DNA of 64,000 bases from assembly GCF_009914755.1 (NCBI RefSeq), contig NC_060930.1, one strand, 5' to 3'. The notes under the pieces were generated by a model, which worked only from the letters and a program-made list of their open reading frames with translations, searched no databases and was not told the DNA's origin. Every line of letters begins with the position of its first letter. The stretch's first letter is position 1. The stretch comes from the human T2T-CHM13v2.0 reference genome, Homo sapiens. The translations under genes and the position numbers were made by a program. Below are positions 1 to 12,872 of this stretch, in pieces.

Positions 1-567
1 ATCTCTGATAAAGATGTTTCTTGCAAAATCTGTTATCTCACTGGTAGGTACTTGATAAAGTAATCTGTATACTTTATTAACTTTATTTTCTGAAAAACCA
101 AGAATAAATTTTTATTACATTAAGTTAAAGAAAATGTATATGATTGATTAAAATTAATTCTCATTTTTCAATGTAACTAAAATTTATATACAAAGAAGAC
201 TTGGCTTGCAAATAAAACATCCTATAACACTATTTACTTTAAAATTAGATCTATCCCAAAATTCTTCCTGGAATTGGATCCTCATCAACTTCAGTTGACT
301 CCTAAAAGCTGTGAATTGGGACAGGAGCAGTGATTCAGAAGTCTCCCAAAACAGACAGCCAACAGGGGAGACAATCAAAAGGCTGTGGATTTAGCACTTA
401 GGATTTCCCCAGCATCTGTCTGAATTTCTAAGAGTTATGCCACCTTTTCTTTCGTTGTTGTTGTTGTTAGAATTTTGCTTCGCATTTTTCTTTTCTGTTT
501 AATTTCTGTTGGTACATAGTATGTATACGTATTTCTGGGTTACATAACATATTTTGTTACTAAAATA

Positions 568-639
568 CAATAAATAATAATCACATCAGGGTAAATGAGG
601 CATCAATAAATAATAATCACATCAGGGTAAATGAGGCAT
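568..639. repeat. Perfect 36-bp tandem duplication inside the L1 3' UTR
   Basis: caataaataataatcacatcagggtaaatgaggcat occurs at 568-603 and 604-639. Confidence 0.95.
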
Positions 640-2415
640 CCAACATCTCAAGTATTTATCTTTCCTTTATGTTACAAATAATCCAGTTCAACTCTTTAAG
701 TTATTGTTTAATGTACAATACATTATTGTTGACTACTCATCCTGTTGTGTTGTCAAATACTAAATCTTATTCATTCTATCAAACTATATTTTTGTACCCA
801 TTTACCATCCCCTTTTCCCCTTGACTACTACCTTTCCCGGTCTCTGGAAACCATTATTTTACTCTCTATCTCCATGAGTTCAATGGTTTTAAATTTTTTA
901 GGTCCCACAAATAAATGAGAGCATGCAAAACGTGTGTTTTTGTGTCTGACTTATTTCACTTAACACAATAATATCCAGTTCTATCCATGTTATTAAAAAT
1001 GACAGGATCTCATTTTTTATGGCTGTAGTACTCCATCATGTATATATACCACATTTTTAATGCATTTGTCTGTTGATGGACACTTAGGGTGCTTCTTGGT
1101 TATTGTCAATACTGCTGCAATATGCAGGTATCTCTTCCATATACTGGTTTCTATTCTTTTGATTACATACCTAGGAGTGACATTCCTGGATCATATGGTA
1201 GCTCTCCTTTGGCTTTTCTGAGGAACCTCTAAACTGTTTTCCACAGTGGTTGTAATCATTTGCATTCCCATCAATAGTATACAAGTGTTCCCTTTCTCCA
1301 CACCCTCATCAGAGTCTGTTATATCCTGACTTTTGTATAAAAGTCATTTTAACTGGGTTGAGATAATGTCTCATTATAGCTTTGATTTGCATTTCTCTGA
1401 TGATCAATGATGTGAACATTTTTATATACCCAACTGCCATTTATAGGTCTTCTTTTGAGAAATATCTGTTGTGAACTTTTGCCCATTTCTAATCAGATTA
1501 TTGTTTTTTCCTTTAGAGTTGTTTTTGCTCCTTATATATTCTTGTTATTAATACCTTTCAGATGGATAGTTTGCAAATATTTTCTTCAACCATTTCATAG
1601 TTGGTTTTTTCATTTTCTTATTTTCTTGGCTGTGCAGAAGCTTTCTAACTTGATGGGATCCCATTTGTCCATTTTTGCGTTGGTTGCTTGTACTGGTGGA
1701 GTATTACTCAAGAAATCTTTGCCCAGTCTATGTCCTGGAAAGTTTCCCCAAAGTTTTCTTTTAGTAGTATCATAGTTTGAGGTCTTATATTAAGTCTTTA
1801 ATCCATTTTGATTTGATTATTATATTCAGTGAGAGATAGGAGTCTAATTTAATTCTTCTGCACATGAATATCTAGTTTTCTCAGCACCATTTATTGAAGA
1901 GACTATTCTTTTCCCAATGTATGTTCATGGCAGCTTTGTTGAAAATGAGTTCACTGTAGATGGATAGATTTACTTCTGGGTTCTCTGTTCTGGTCCATTG
2001 GTCTATGCATATGATTTCATGCCAATTCCATGCGTTTTGGTTACTATAGCTGTGTAGTATAATTTGAAGTTAGGTAATGTGATTCCTCCAGTTTTGTTGT
2101 TTTTGCTCAGGATGGCTTTCACTATTCTGGGTCGTTTGTGGTTTCATATAAATTTTGCAATATTTTTTCTATTTCTATCAAGAATGTCATTGATATTTTC
2201 ACAGGGATTCCACTGGATCTGTAGATTCCTTTGGGTAGAATGAACATGTTAACAAAATTGATTCTTTCAATTCATGAACATAGAATATCTTTTCATTTTT
2301 TGTGTCCTTTTCAATTTCTTGCATCAATGTCTTAGAGTTTTATTGTAAATATGTTTCACTTTTTGATTAAGTTGATTCCTTGGTATTTTGTTTCATTTCT
2401 AGCTACTATGGATGA

Positions 2416-2757
<342 letters not shown>

Positions 2758-3844
2758 TGACTAACTTCCCTAGCTAGGACTTCCCATGCTATGTTAAATA
2801 ACAGTGGTGAAAGTGGGCATCCTTATCATGTTCCAGATATTAAAGGAAAGGCTTTCAGTTTTACCCTATTTAGTATGATGCTAGTGTGGGTCTCTCATAT
2901 AGCTTTTATTGTGTTAAGATATGTGCCTTATACATCCAGTTTTGGTTTTTTTTTTTTTATTATGAAGGGATGCTGAATTTTCTCAAATGCTTTCTCAGCA
3001 TCAATTGATCATATAGTTTTTTTTAATCATTCTGTTGTTATGATAAGTCACATTGAGGTGGGTATGTTAAATCATCCTTGCATCTCTGGGATAAATCTCA
3101 TTTGGTCAGGATGAATGATCTTTTTAATGTGTTGTTTAATTCAGTTTTCTTGTAAATTTTCTGAGGATTTTTACATCAATATTCTTCAGAGTTATTGGCC
3201 TGTAGGGTTTTTTTTTCTTTTTGATGTGTCTGTTTGTTTGTTTGTTTTTAAATCAGGGTAACACTACCCTCATAGAATTTTAGAAGTATTCCATCCTCTT
3301 CTATTTTTCAAAATAGTTTGAGTATGTTGGGTACTAGCTTTTCTTTAAATGTTTGCTAAATTTCAGCAGTGAAGCCATCAGACACTGGGATTTTCTTTGT
3401 TGGGAGACTGTTTATTACAGCTCCAATCTCATTATTTGTTATTGGTCTTTTCATATTTTGAATTTCTTTATGGTTTAATCTTGGTAGTTTGCAGGTGTCT
3501 AGGAATTTATCCATTTATTCCATGTTTTTCAATTTATTTGCATATACATACTCATACTAGCTGCTAATGATCTTTCACATTTTGCAGTATTGGTTGTAAT
3601 GTATACTTCTTCATCTATTATTTTATTTATTTGGATCTTCTCTCTTTTTTGTCCTAGTCTGGATAGCTAAAGATCTGTCAATTTTCTTTATCTTTGCAAA
3701 AAAAAAAAAAAAAAAACACGCAAATTTTTATTTGGTTGATCCTTTGCATTTCGTTTTGCAAGAAAACGAGTTTTTGTTTTGTTAATCTTTCGTGTTTTTT
3801 AAATTCGAATTTTATTTATTTCTGCTCTGATCACTTTTCTTCTT

Positions 3845-4077
3845 TTCTTTTCCTTTACTTTTTCAATCTTTATTTTAAATTCAGAGGTGCATGTGCAGAT
3901 TTCTTCCATAGGATTATTTTGTGATGTTGAGGATTGAGGTATAAATGATCTTGTCACCCAGGTATAGATCATAGTACCCAACAATTTTTTAACCCTTGCC
4001 TCCCTCCCTGCCTCCCCATACTAGTAGTTTCCAGGGTCTCCTGCTGTCATCTCTAGGTCCATGTGTACCCAATGTTT
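3845..4077 (-). mobile_element. L1PA15/16-like 3' UTR fragment nested in the L1MA
   Basis: ttcagaggtgcatgtgcag...gtcacccagg...catagtacccaac...tccatgtgtacccaatgttt. Confidence 0.8.
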
Positions 4078-5321
4078 GGATAAAATGTTTTGTAAATATC
4101 TTTTAGGTCCATTTATTCTATAGTTCAGATTAAGTCTGATATTTCTCTGTTGATTTTCTGTCTGGGAGATATGTCCAATGCTGAAAGTGGAGTGTTGAAG
4201 TCTCCAACCATTATTGTGTTGTGATATATCTCACTCTTTAGCTTTAATAATATTTGCTTTATATATCCTGATGTTCCAGTCTTGGGTGCATATGTATTTA
4301 TAAATGTTATGTCCTCTTGCTGAATTAACTCATTTATCATTATATAATTACTTTCTTTGTCTCTTTATAGTTTTGGTCTTGAAATCTATTTCTTCTGATA
4401 TAAATATAGCTAGCTGTGTTCTTTTTCAGTTTCCATACGAATGGAATATCATTTTCTATCCCTTCATTTTAGTCTATTTATGTCTTTATAGATGAAGTGT
4501 ATTTCTTGTAGGCAACAGGTGATTGAGTCTTATTTTTTTAATCCATTCAGTCAATCTATGTCTTTTTATTGGAGAGATTAATCTTTTTCATGGATTAATT
4601 CAGTGTTATTATTGATAAGTAAGGACTTACTTATTATTATTGATACATTCAGTGTTACTATTGATAAGTAAGGACTTACTCCTACTATTTTTTAAATTTG
4701 TTTTCTCATTGTTTTGTGATTTTTCTCTACTGTCTTTCCTTCCTTCCTGTCTTTCTTTTAGTGAAGGCATTTTCCAAGGTGGTATGTTTTAATTTCTTGC
4801 TTTTTATTTTTTGCGTATATGCTGAATATTTTTTATTTGGGGTTACCATGAGGCTTGCCAATAATACCTTATAACTCATTATTTTAAACTGACGACAACT
4901 TCACACTGCATAAACGAACTCACAAATAAGCAAAGAAATAACTATGTAACTCTGCACTTTAACTTCATCCCCTCTGATTTCTAACTTGTTATTATATCGA
5001 TTTCTATTTTATTATTTCATCTATTTCTTAAAGATTTGTTTTAGTTATTATTTTTGATAGGTCCATCTATTAGCCTCTCTACTCAAGTTATAGGTTGTTT
5101 ACACATTACAATTACAGTGTTATAATATTCTGTTTTGCTTCATATTTACTATTATGAGTGTTTAGCATTTCTCGTAGGACAGGGCCAGTGTTGCCAAAAT
5201 CTGTTATCTTTTTTGTCTAGGAAAGTCTGTATTTCTCCTTCATGTTTGAAGGATTTTTTTGGATGAATATACTAATCTAGGCATATTAATCTGTTCTTGC
5301 ACTACTATAAAAAAAATACCA

Positions 5322-5766
<445 letters not shown>

Positions 5767-5964
5767 TTACATGGCAGGAGCAAAAGGAAGAGGGGAAGGT
5801 GCTACACACTTTTTAAACAAACAGATCTTGTAAGAACTCACTTACTATGATGAGAGCAGCACCACTGTGGAAACCTGCCCCCATGATCCAATCACCTCCC
5901 ACCAGGCCACACCTCCAACATTATGGATTAGAATTTGACATGAAATTTGGGTGGCAAGGCAGAT

Positions 5965-8553
5965 TGTATTACTTCGTTCTCATGCTGCTAATAAAGACAT
6001 CACTGAGACTGGGTAATTTATAAAGAAAAAGAACTTTAATGGACTCACAGCTCCACATGGCTGGGAAGGCCTCATAATAATGGCAGGAGGCAAAGGAGGA
6101 ACAAAGCCACAGCTTACATGGAAGCAGGTAAGAGAGCATGTGCAGGGTAACTGCCCTTTATAAAACCATGAGATCTCATGAGACTAATTCACTGTCACAA
6201 GAACAACATTAAAAAAGAAAACCCTGCCCCCATGATTCAATTACCTCGCATCAGGTCCCTCTCATAACATGTGGAGATTATGGGAACTACAATTCAAGAC
6301 GAGATTTGGGTGAGGACACAGCCAAACCATATCATTTCACCCTTGGCCTCTCTGAAATCTCATGCCCTCATATTTCAAAACCAATTGTCCCTTTCCAACA
6401 GTCCCCCAGTCTTAACTCATTTCAGCACTAACTCAGAAGTCCATAGTCCAAACTCTTATCTGAGACAAGGCAAGTCTCTTCTGTCTATGAGCCTGTAAAA
6501 CTGAAAGCAAGTTAGTTACTTCCCAGATACAATGTGGGTACAGGCATTGGGTAAATATACTCATTCCAAATGGGAGAAACTGGCCAAAATGAAAGAGCTA
6601 CAGTCCCCCTTCCAATCCAAATCCACAGGGGCAGTCAAACCTTAAGGCTCTAAAATGATCTTTGACTCCCTGTCTCATATCCAGGTCAAGCTGATGCAAG
6701 AGATGGGCTCCCATGGCCTTGGACAGTTCCACCCCTGTGGCTTTGCAAGGTACAGCCCCCACCTTCCAGCTGCCTTCACAGGCTAAAGTTGAGTGTTTGT
6801 GGCTTTTCCAGGCACACAGTGCAAGCTGTCGGTGAACCTACCATTCTGGGGTCTGGAGGATGTGACCCTCTTCTCACATCTCCACTAGGCAGTGCCACAG
6901 TGGGGACTTTGTGTGGGGGCTCCAAACCCACATTTCCCTTCCATACTCTGTCCTAGCAGAGGTTCACCATAGGGGCTCCACCCCTGCAGCAGATTTATGC
7001 CTGGACATACAGGCATTTCTGTACATCTTCTGAAATCTGGATGGTGGTTCCTAAACTTCAATTCCCGACTTCGGTACACATGAAGGCCCCAAACCAACTG
7101 GAAGCTGCCAAGTCTTGGGGCTTGCACCCTCTGAAGCAATGGACTGAGCTCCAGGTTGCTCCCCTCTCACCATGGCTGGGATGCAGGGTGCCAAATCCTG
7201 AGACTGCACAAAGCAGCAAGGCCTTGGGACCAGCTCATGAAACCATTTTTGCCACCTAGGCCTCTGGGCCTGCAATGGGAGGAGCTGCCTTAAATACCTC
7301 TGACATGCCCCGGAGACATTTTTCCCATTGTCTTGACAATTAATATTTGGCTCCTGGTTACTTATGCAAATTTCTGCAGGCCACTTGAAATTCTTCTCAG
7401 GAAATGGGTTTTTCTTTTCTTTTGCATCATCAGGCTACAAATTTTCCAAACTTTTATTCTCTGCTTCCCTTTTAAACATAAGTTGAATTCCAAACCATAT
7501 ATTTGTGAATACATAAAAGTGAATGCTTTAACAGCATGCAAGTCACATCTTGAATGCTTTGCTGCTTAGAAATTTCTTCCACCAGATGCCCTAAATAATC
7601 TCTCTGCACAAATCCCTATGTTGCCAGTCTCTTTGCTAAAACATGGCAAGTGTCACCTTAGCTCCAGTTCTGAACAAGTTCCTTATCTCCATCTGAGACT
7701 ACCTCAGCCTGGACTATATTGTCCATATCACTATCAGCATTTTGGTCAAAGCCATTCAACAAGCCTCTAGGAAGTTCCAAACTTTCCCCCATCTTCCTCT
7801 CTCCTGAGCCCTCCAAACTGCTCCAACCTCTGCCTGTTATCCAGTTCCAAAGTTGCTCCCACATTTTCAGGTATCTTTATGGCAGCACCTTACTCTACCG
7901 GTAGCAATTTACTGTATTAGTCTGTTCTCATGTTGCTGATAAAGACATACCTGAGACTGGGTAATTTATAAAGGGAAGAGTTTTAATTGACTCACAGTTC
8001 AACATGGCTGGGGAGCCCTCACAATCATGGTTGAAGGTGAATGAGGAGCAAAGTCATGTCTTACATGGTGGCAGGAAATAGAGCTTGTGCACACAGGGAA
8101 ACTTCCACTTATAAAACCATCAGATCTTGTGAGACCTATTCACTACTATAAGAATAGTTTGGGGGAATCATCCCCATGATTCAATTATCTCCACCTGGTC
8201 CCACCCTTGACACATGGGAATTATTACAATTAAAGGTGAGACTTGGGTGACAACATAGCCAAACCACATCAAATGGACTTACAGTTTCACAAGGCTTGGG
8301 ATGCCTCACAATCATGGTGGAAAGCAATGTGGCAGCAAAGGCATGTCTTTCATGGTAACAGGCAAGAGAGTGTGTGCAAGGGAACTGCCCTTTACAGAAC
8401 TATCAGATTTTTTGAGACTTATTCACTATCATGAGACCAGCATGGGAACCCACCCCCCATTACTTCCCACTGTGTCACTCTCATGACACATGGGGATTAT
8501 GGAAGCTACAATTCAAGATGAGATTTGGGTAGGGAAACAGACAAATCATGTCA
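5965..8553 (-). mobile_element. THE1B-like MaLR: LTR 5965-6334, internal 6335-7912, LTR 7913-8270, partial LTR 8271-8553
   Basis: tg...ca termini and a perfect 5-bp TSD, cagat, at 5960-5964 and 8554-8558. LTR motifs include taatggactcacag and cagccaaaccatatca. Confidence 0.92.
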
Positions 8554-10682
8554 CAGATTCAAACCATACTATTCTGCCCCTGATCCCTTCCAAATCTCAT
8601 ATCCTACTCACACTGCAAAATCCAATCATGCCTTCCTAACATTCTTTTGAATTCTTAACTCATTCTATTAGTAACTCAAAAGGCAGGTCCAAAGTCTCAA
8701 ATGAGACAAGGCAAGTACCTTCTACCTATGAGCCTGTAAAACAAACAAACAAAAAAAGTTTGTTACCTCTAAGATACAATGGGAGTATGAGTATTGGGTA
8801 GATACTCCCATTCCAAAACAGAGAAATCAAACAAAAAAAGGGGGCTACAGGCCCCATACTAATCTAAAACCCAGCAGGGCAGTTATTAAATCATAAGGCT
8901 TTAAAATAATCTCTTTTGACTCCATGTCTCACATCCAGGGCACATTAATACCAGGGTTGAGCTCCCAAGGCTTTGGGCAGCTCTGTTCCTGTGACTGCAG
9001 ATTTAAGCCACCAAGGCTGATATCAGGGCTGATGTTGAGTTCCTATGGCTTTTCCACATTCATAGTGCAAGCTGCTGGTTGATCTTCCATTCTGGGTTCT
9101 GGAGGACTGTGGAACTCTTCTCACAGCTCGACTAGGCAGTGCCCTAGTGGGGACTGTGTGTGGGGGTTCCAACCCCACATTTTCCTTAGCACTGCCCTAG
9201 TAGAAGTTATTCATGAGGGCTCCTCCCTGCAGTAGGCTTCTTCCTGAACATCCAGGCTTTTCCATACATCCTCTGAAATCTAGGCGGAGGCTACTAAGCC
9301 ACAGCTCTTACATTCTGTTTACCTTCAGGCTTAATATCACATAGAAACTGCCAAGGCTTATAGCTTGCACCCTCTGAGGAAGTGGCTCAAGCTGAATCTG
9401 GGTCCTTTTAGCCACAGCTGGAGCTGGAGTGGCTGTGACAAAGGGAGCAGTGTCCTGAGGCTGCGCTGGGCAGTGGGGCAGTGGGGCTGTGAGGCCCTGG
9501 GCCCTGCCAAAGAAATCATTTTTCCCCCTAGGCCACCCATCCTGTGATGGGAAAGGCTCCTGTGAAGGTCTCTAAAATGCCTTTGAGGCCCTATCCCCAT
9601 TGTCTCCACTATTAGCATTTGCCTTCTATTTACTTATGCAAATTTATGCAGCCAGCTTGAATTCCTCCCCTGATAATGGGTTTTTCTTTTCTACCACATG
9701 ACCAGCCTGCAAATTTTCCAAACTTGTACACTCTACTTCCCTTTCAAATGTAAGTTCCAGTTTCATATCACTCTTTTGTTTTGTGTTGTTTTTGGCTCAG
9801 ACATATGAGCATAGGTTGTTAGAACCTACCAGGCCACATCTTGAACAATTTGCTGCTTTGAAATTTCTTCTACCAGATACCCTAAATCATCACTCTCAAG
9901 TTCAAAGTTCCACAGATCCCTAGAGCAAGGGCACAATGCCTCCAAGTTCCTCGTTAAAGCATAGTGAAAGTGACCTTTGCTCCAGTTCCCAATAAGCTCC
10001 TCATCTCCATCTGAGACCTCATCAACCTGGACTTTATTGTCCATATCACTCTTAGCATTTGGTTACAACCATTTAGTCTCTAGGGAGTTCCAAATTTTCC
10101 CTCATATTCCTGTCTTCCTCTGATCCTTCCACACTCTTCCAACCTCTGCCTGTTACCCAGTTACAGAGTTGCTTCCACATTTTCAGGTATCTTTATAGAT
10201 ACCTGAAATCTATAAAGATTGATAACCCACTCTTCAGTACCAATTTTCTGCATTAGTACCAAATCTCTGTATTAGTCAGTTCTCACAGTGCTATAAAGAA
10301 ATACCCAAGACTGTGTAAGGTAATTTTTTTAAAAAAGAGGTTTAATTGGCTCATGGTTCCACAGGCTGTACAGAAAGCATGATTCTGGCATCTGCTTGGT
10401 TTCTGGGGAGTCCTTGGGAAACTTAAAATCATGGCAGAAAAGGGAAGTAGGTACTCCTTACATGGTCAGAGCAGGAGGAAGAAATTAAGTGGGGTGGGGG
10501 AGCTTTTATACATTTTTAAACAACCATATATCATGAGAATTCACTATCACAAGAACAGCACCAACAGGAAAATCTGCCCCTACGATCTAATCACTTCCCA
10601 TCAGGCCCCAATTCCAACATTGGGGATTACACGAGATTTAGCATGAGATTTTGGTGAAGACATATATCTGAACTCCATCGAA

Positions 10683-12795
10683 AGGATAAAATTGTCCTTT
10701 TTTTCCATCAGAACTTTAAATATGTCATACCACTCTCTCCTGGCATGTATGGTTTCTGCTGAAAAACCTGCTACCAAACGTGTTGGAGCTCCTTTGTCTG
10801 TTGTTTCTTTTCTCTTGCTGCTTTTAGAATCATTTCTTTATCCTTAATATTTGGGAATTTGACTATTAAATGTCTTGAAGTAGTCTTCTTTAGGTTAAAT
10901 CTGCTTGATATTCTGTAATCCCCTCATACTTGAATATTGATATCTTTCTCTAGGTTTGGGAAGTTATCTGTTATTATCCCTTTGAATAAACATCCTACCT
11001 TGCTCCCACCTCTCTCTCTCTCTGTCTCCTCTGTAAGGACAATAACTTAGATTTGTTCATTTTGGGCTATTTTTCTAAATCTTGTAGGTGTGCTTCATTC
11101 TTTTTTATTCTTTATTCTTTTGTCTCCTCTGAATGTGTATTTTCAAATACCCTCTCTGCAAGCTTACTAATACTTTATTTAAAATTTTTAAATTTTTTTA
11201 TTTTTGTGAGTACATAACAGGTGCATATCTTTATAGGGTATATGACATATTTTGATACAGGCATACAATGTGTAATTAACACATCAGGGTAAATGGAGTA
11301 TCCATCAACTCAAGCACTTATCTCTTTGTTACAAAGTATTCAATTCTACTCTTTTAGCTCTTTTTAAAGGTACAACAAATTATTGTAGACTGTAGTCATC
11401 CTGTTGTGCTATCAAATACTAGACCTTATTTATTCTATTTAACTAAAATTTGTGCACCCATTAAACATCTCCATTCCTCCCCACCCCCACATTACCCTTT
11501 CCAGACTCTGGTAACCATCTTTCTACTCTCCATGTCCATGAGTTCAATTGTTTTAATTTTTAGATCCCACTAATAAGTTAGAATATGCAATGTTTGTCTT
11601 TCTGTGCCTGTTTTTTTTTTACTTAACACAATGACCTCTGATTTTATCCATGGTGTTGCAAATGACAGACTATTATTCTCTTTTATAGCTAAATTATACA
11701 CCATTGTGTATATATTTCATATTTTCCTTATCCGTTTGTCTATTGATGGATATTTAAGTGGCTTCCAAATCTCAGCTATTGTGAAAGGTGCTGCAATTAA
11801 CATGAGAGTGCAGATATCTCTTCAATATACTAACTTTTTTTCTTTTACATATATATCTAGCAGTGTGATTTCTGTATCATATAGTAGCTCCTTTTTTTTT
11901 TCAGTTTGTTGAGAAACCTCTAAGCTGTTCTCCATAATGTTTGTACTAATTTACATTCCCACCAAGAGTATAAAAGGCTTTTCTTTTTTCCACACCCTTG
12001 CCAGCATCTGTCAGTACCAGACTTCTAAATAAAACAATTTTAACTGGGGTGAGATAATATTTCATTTTAGTTTTGATTTGCATTTCTCCAATGATCAATA
12101 ATGTTTTTCATATGCCCTTTTGCCATTTGTATGTCTTCACTTGAGAAATGTTTATTCAAGTCTTTAGCACATTTTTAAATTAGATTAATTTTTCCCTATA
12201 GAGTTGTTTGTGCTCCATATACAGTCTTGCTATTAATACCTTTCAGACGCATAGTTTGCAAATATTTTCTCCCATTCTGTGGGTTATCTCTTCACTTTGT
12301 TGATGATTTCCTTTGCTGTGCTGAAGCTTTTTAACTTCAGATCCCGTTTGCTCATTTTTGCTTTGGTTGCTTGTGCTTGTGAGGTATTACTCAAATCTTT
12401 TTCCAGTCCTATGTTCTGGAGAGTTTCTCTAATGTGCCCTTTTAGTAGTTTCATAGTTTGAGGTCTTAGATTTAAGTTTTTAATACATTTTGATTTGATT
12501 TTTCTACATGGTGAGAGATAGGAGTCTAGTTTTATTCTTCTGCATATGGATATCAAGTTTTCTCAGCACCATTTGAGCTTTCTAATTCTTTCTTCTGCTT
12601 GATCAGTTCTGCTAGTAAGAAACTGATGCATTCTTCATCATGTCAATGGCATTTTTCAGCTCTAGAATTTCTGCTTTATTCTTTCTAATTATTTCAACCT
12701 GTTTTTTAAGTTTATCTGACAGAATTCTGTATTCCTTCTCTATGTTATCTTGGATTTTTTTTTTTTTAGCTTCCTCAAAACAGTTACTTTGAATT
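10683..12795 (-). mobile_element. Continuation of the host L1MA (ORF1 region), interrupted by a second L1 at 11177-12575
   Basis: tttaaatatgtcataccactctctcctgg continues the sequence left at 5281. ORF 12612-12881 ends in the ORF1-like coiled-coil EIIRKNKAEILELKNAI. Confidence 0.85.
11177..12575 (-). mobile_element. 5'-truncated L1MA-type insertion, about 1.4 kb, with degraded TSD
   Basis: New T-tail and 3' UTR. ORF2 C-terminal peptide ICRRIKLDSYLSP. TSD agcttactaatacttt (11161-11176) and agctttctaattcttt (12576-12591) match at 14/16. Confidence 0.9.
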
Positions 12796-12872
12796 CCCTC
12801 CCTCCCTTCCTCCCTTCTTCCCTTCCTCCCTCCCTCCCTCCCTCCCTTCCTTCCTTCCTTCCTTGTCTCCTT
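12796..12872. repeat. (CCCT/CCTT)n polypyrimidine microsatellite
   Basis: Directly visible in the sequence. Confidence 0.9.
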
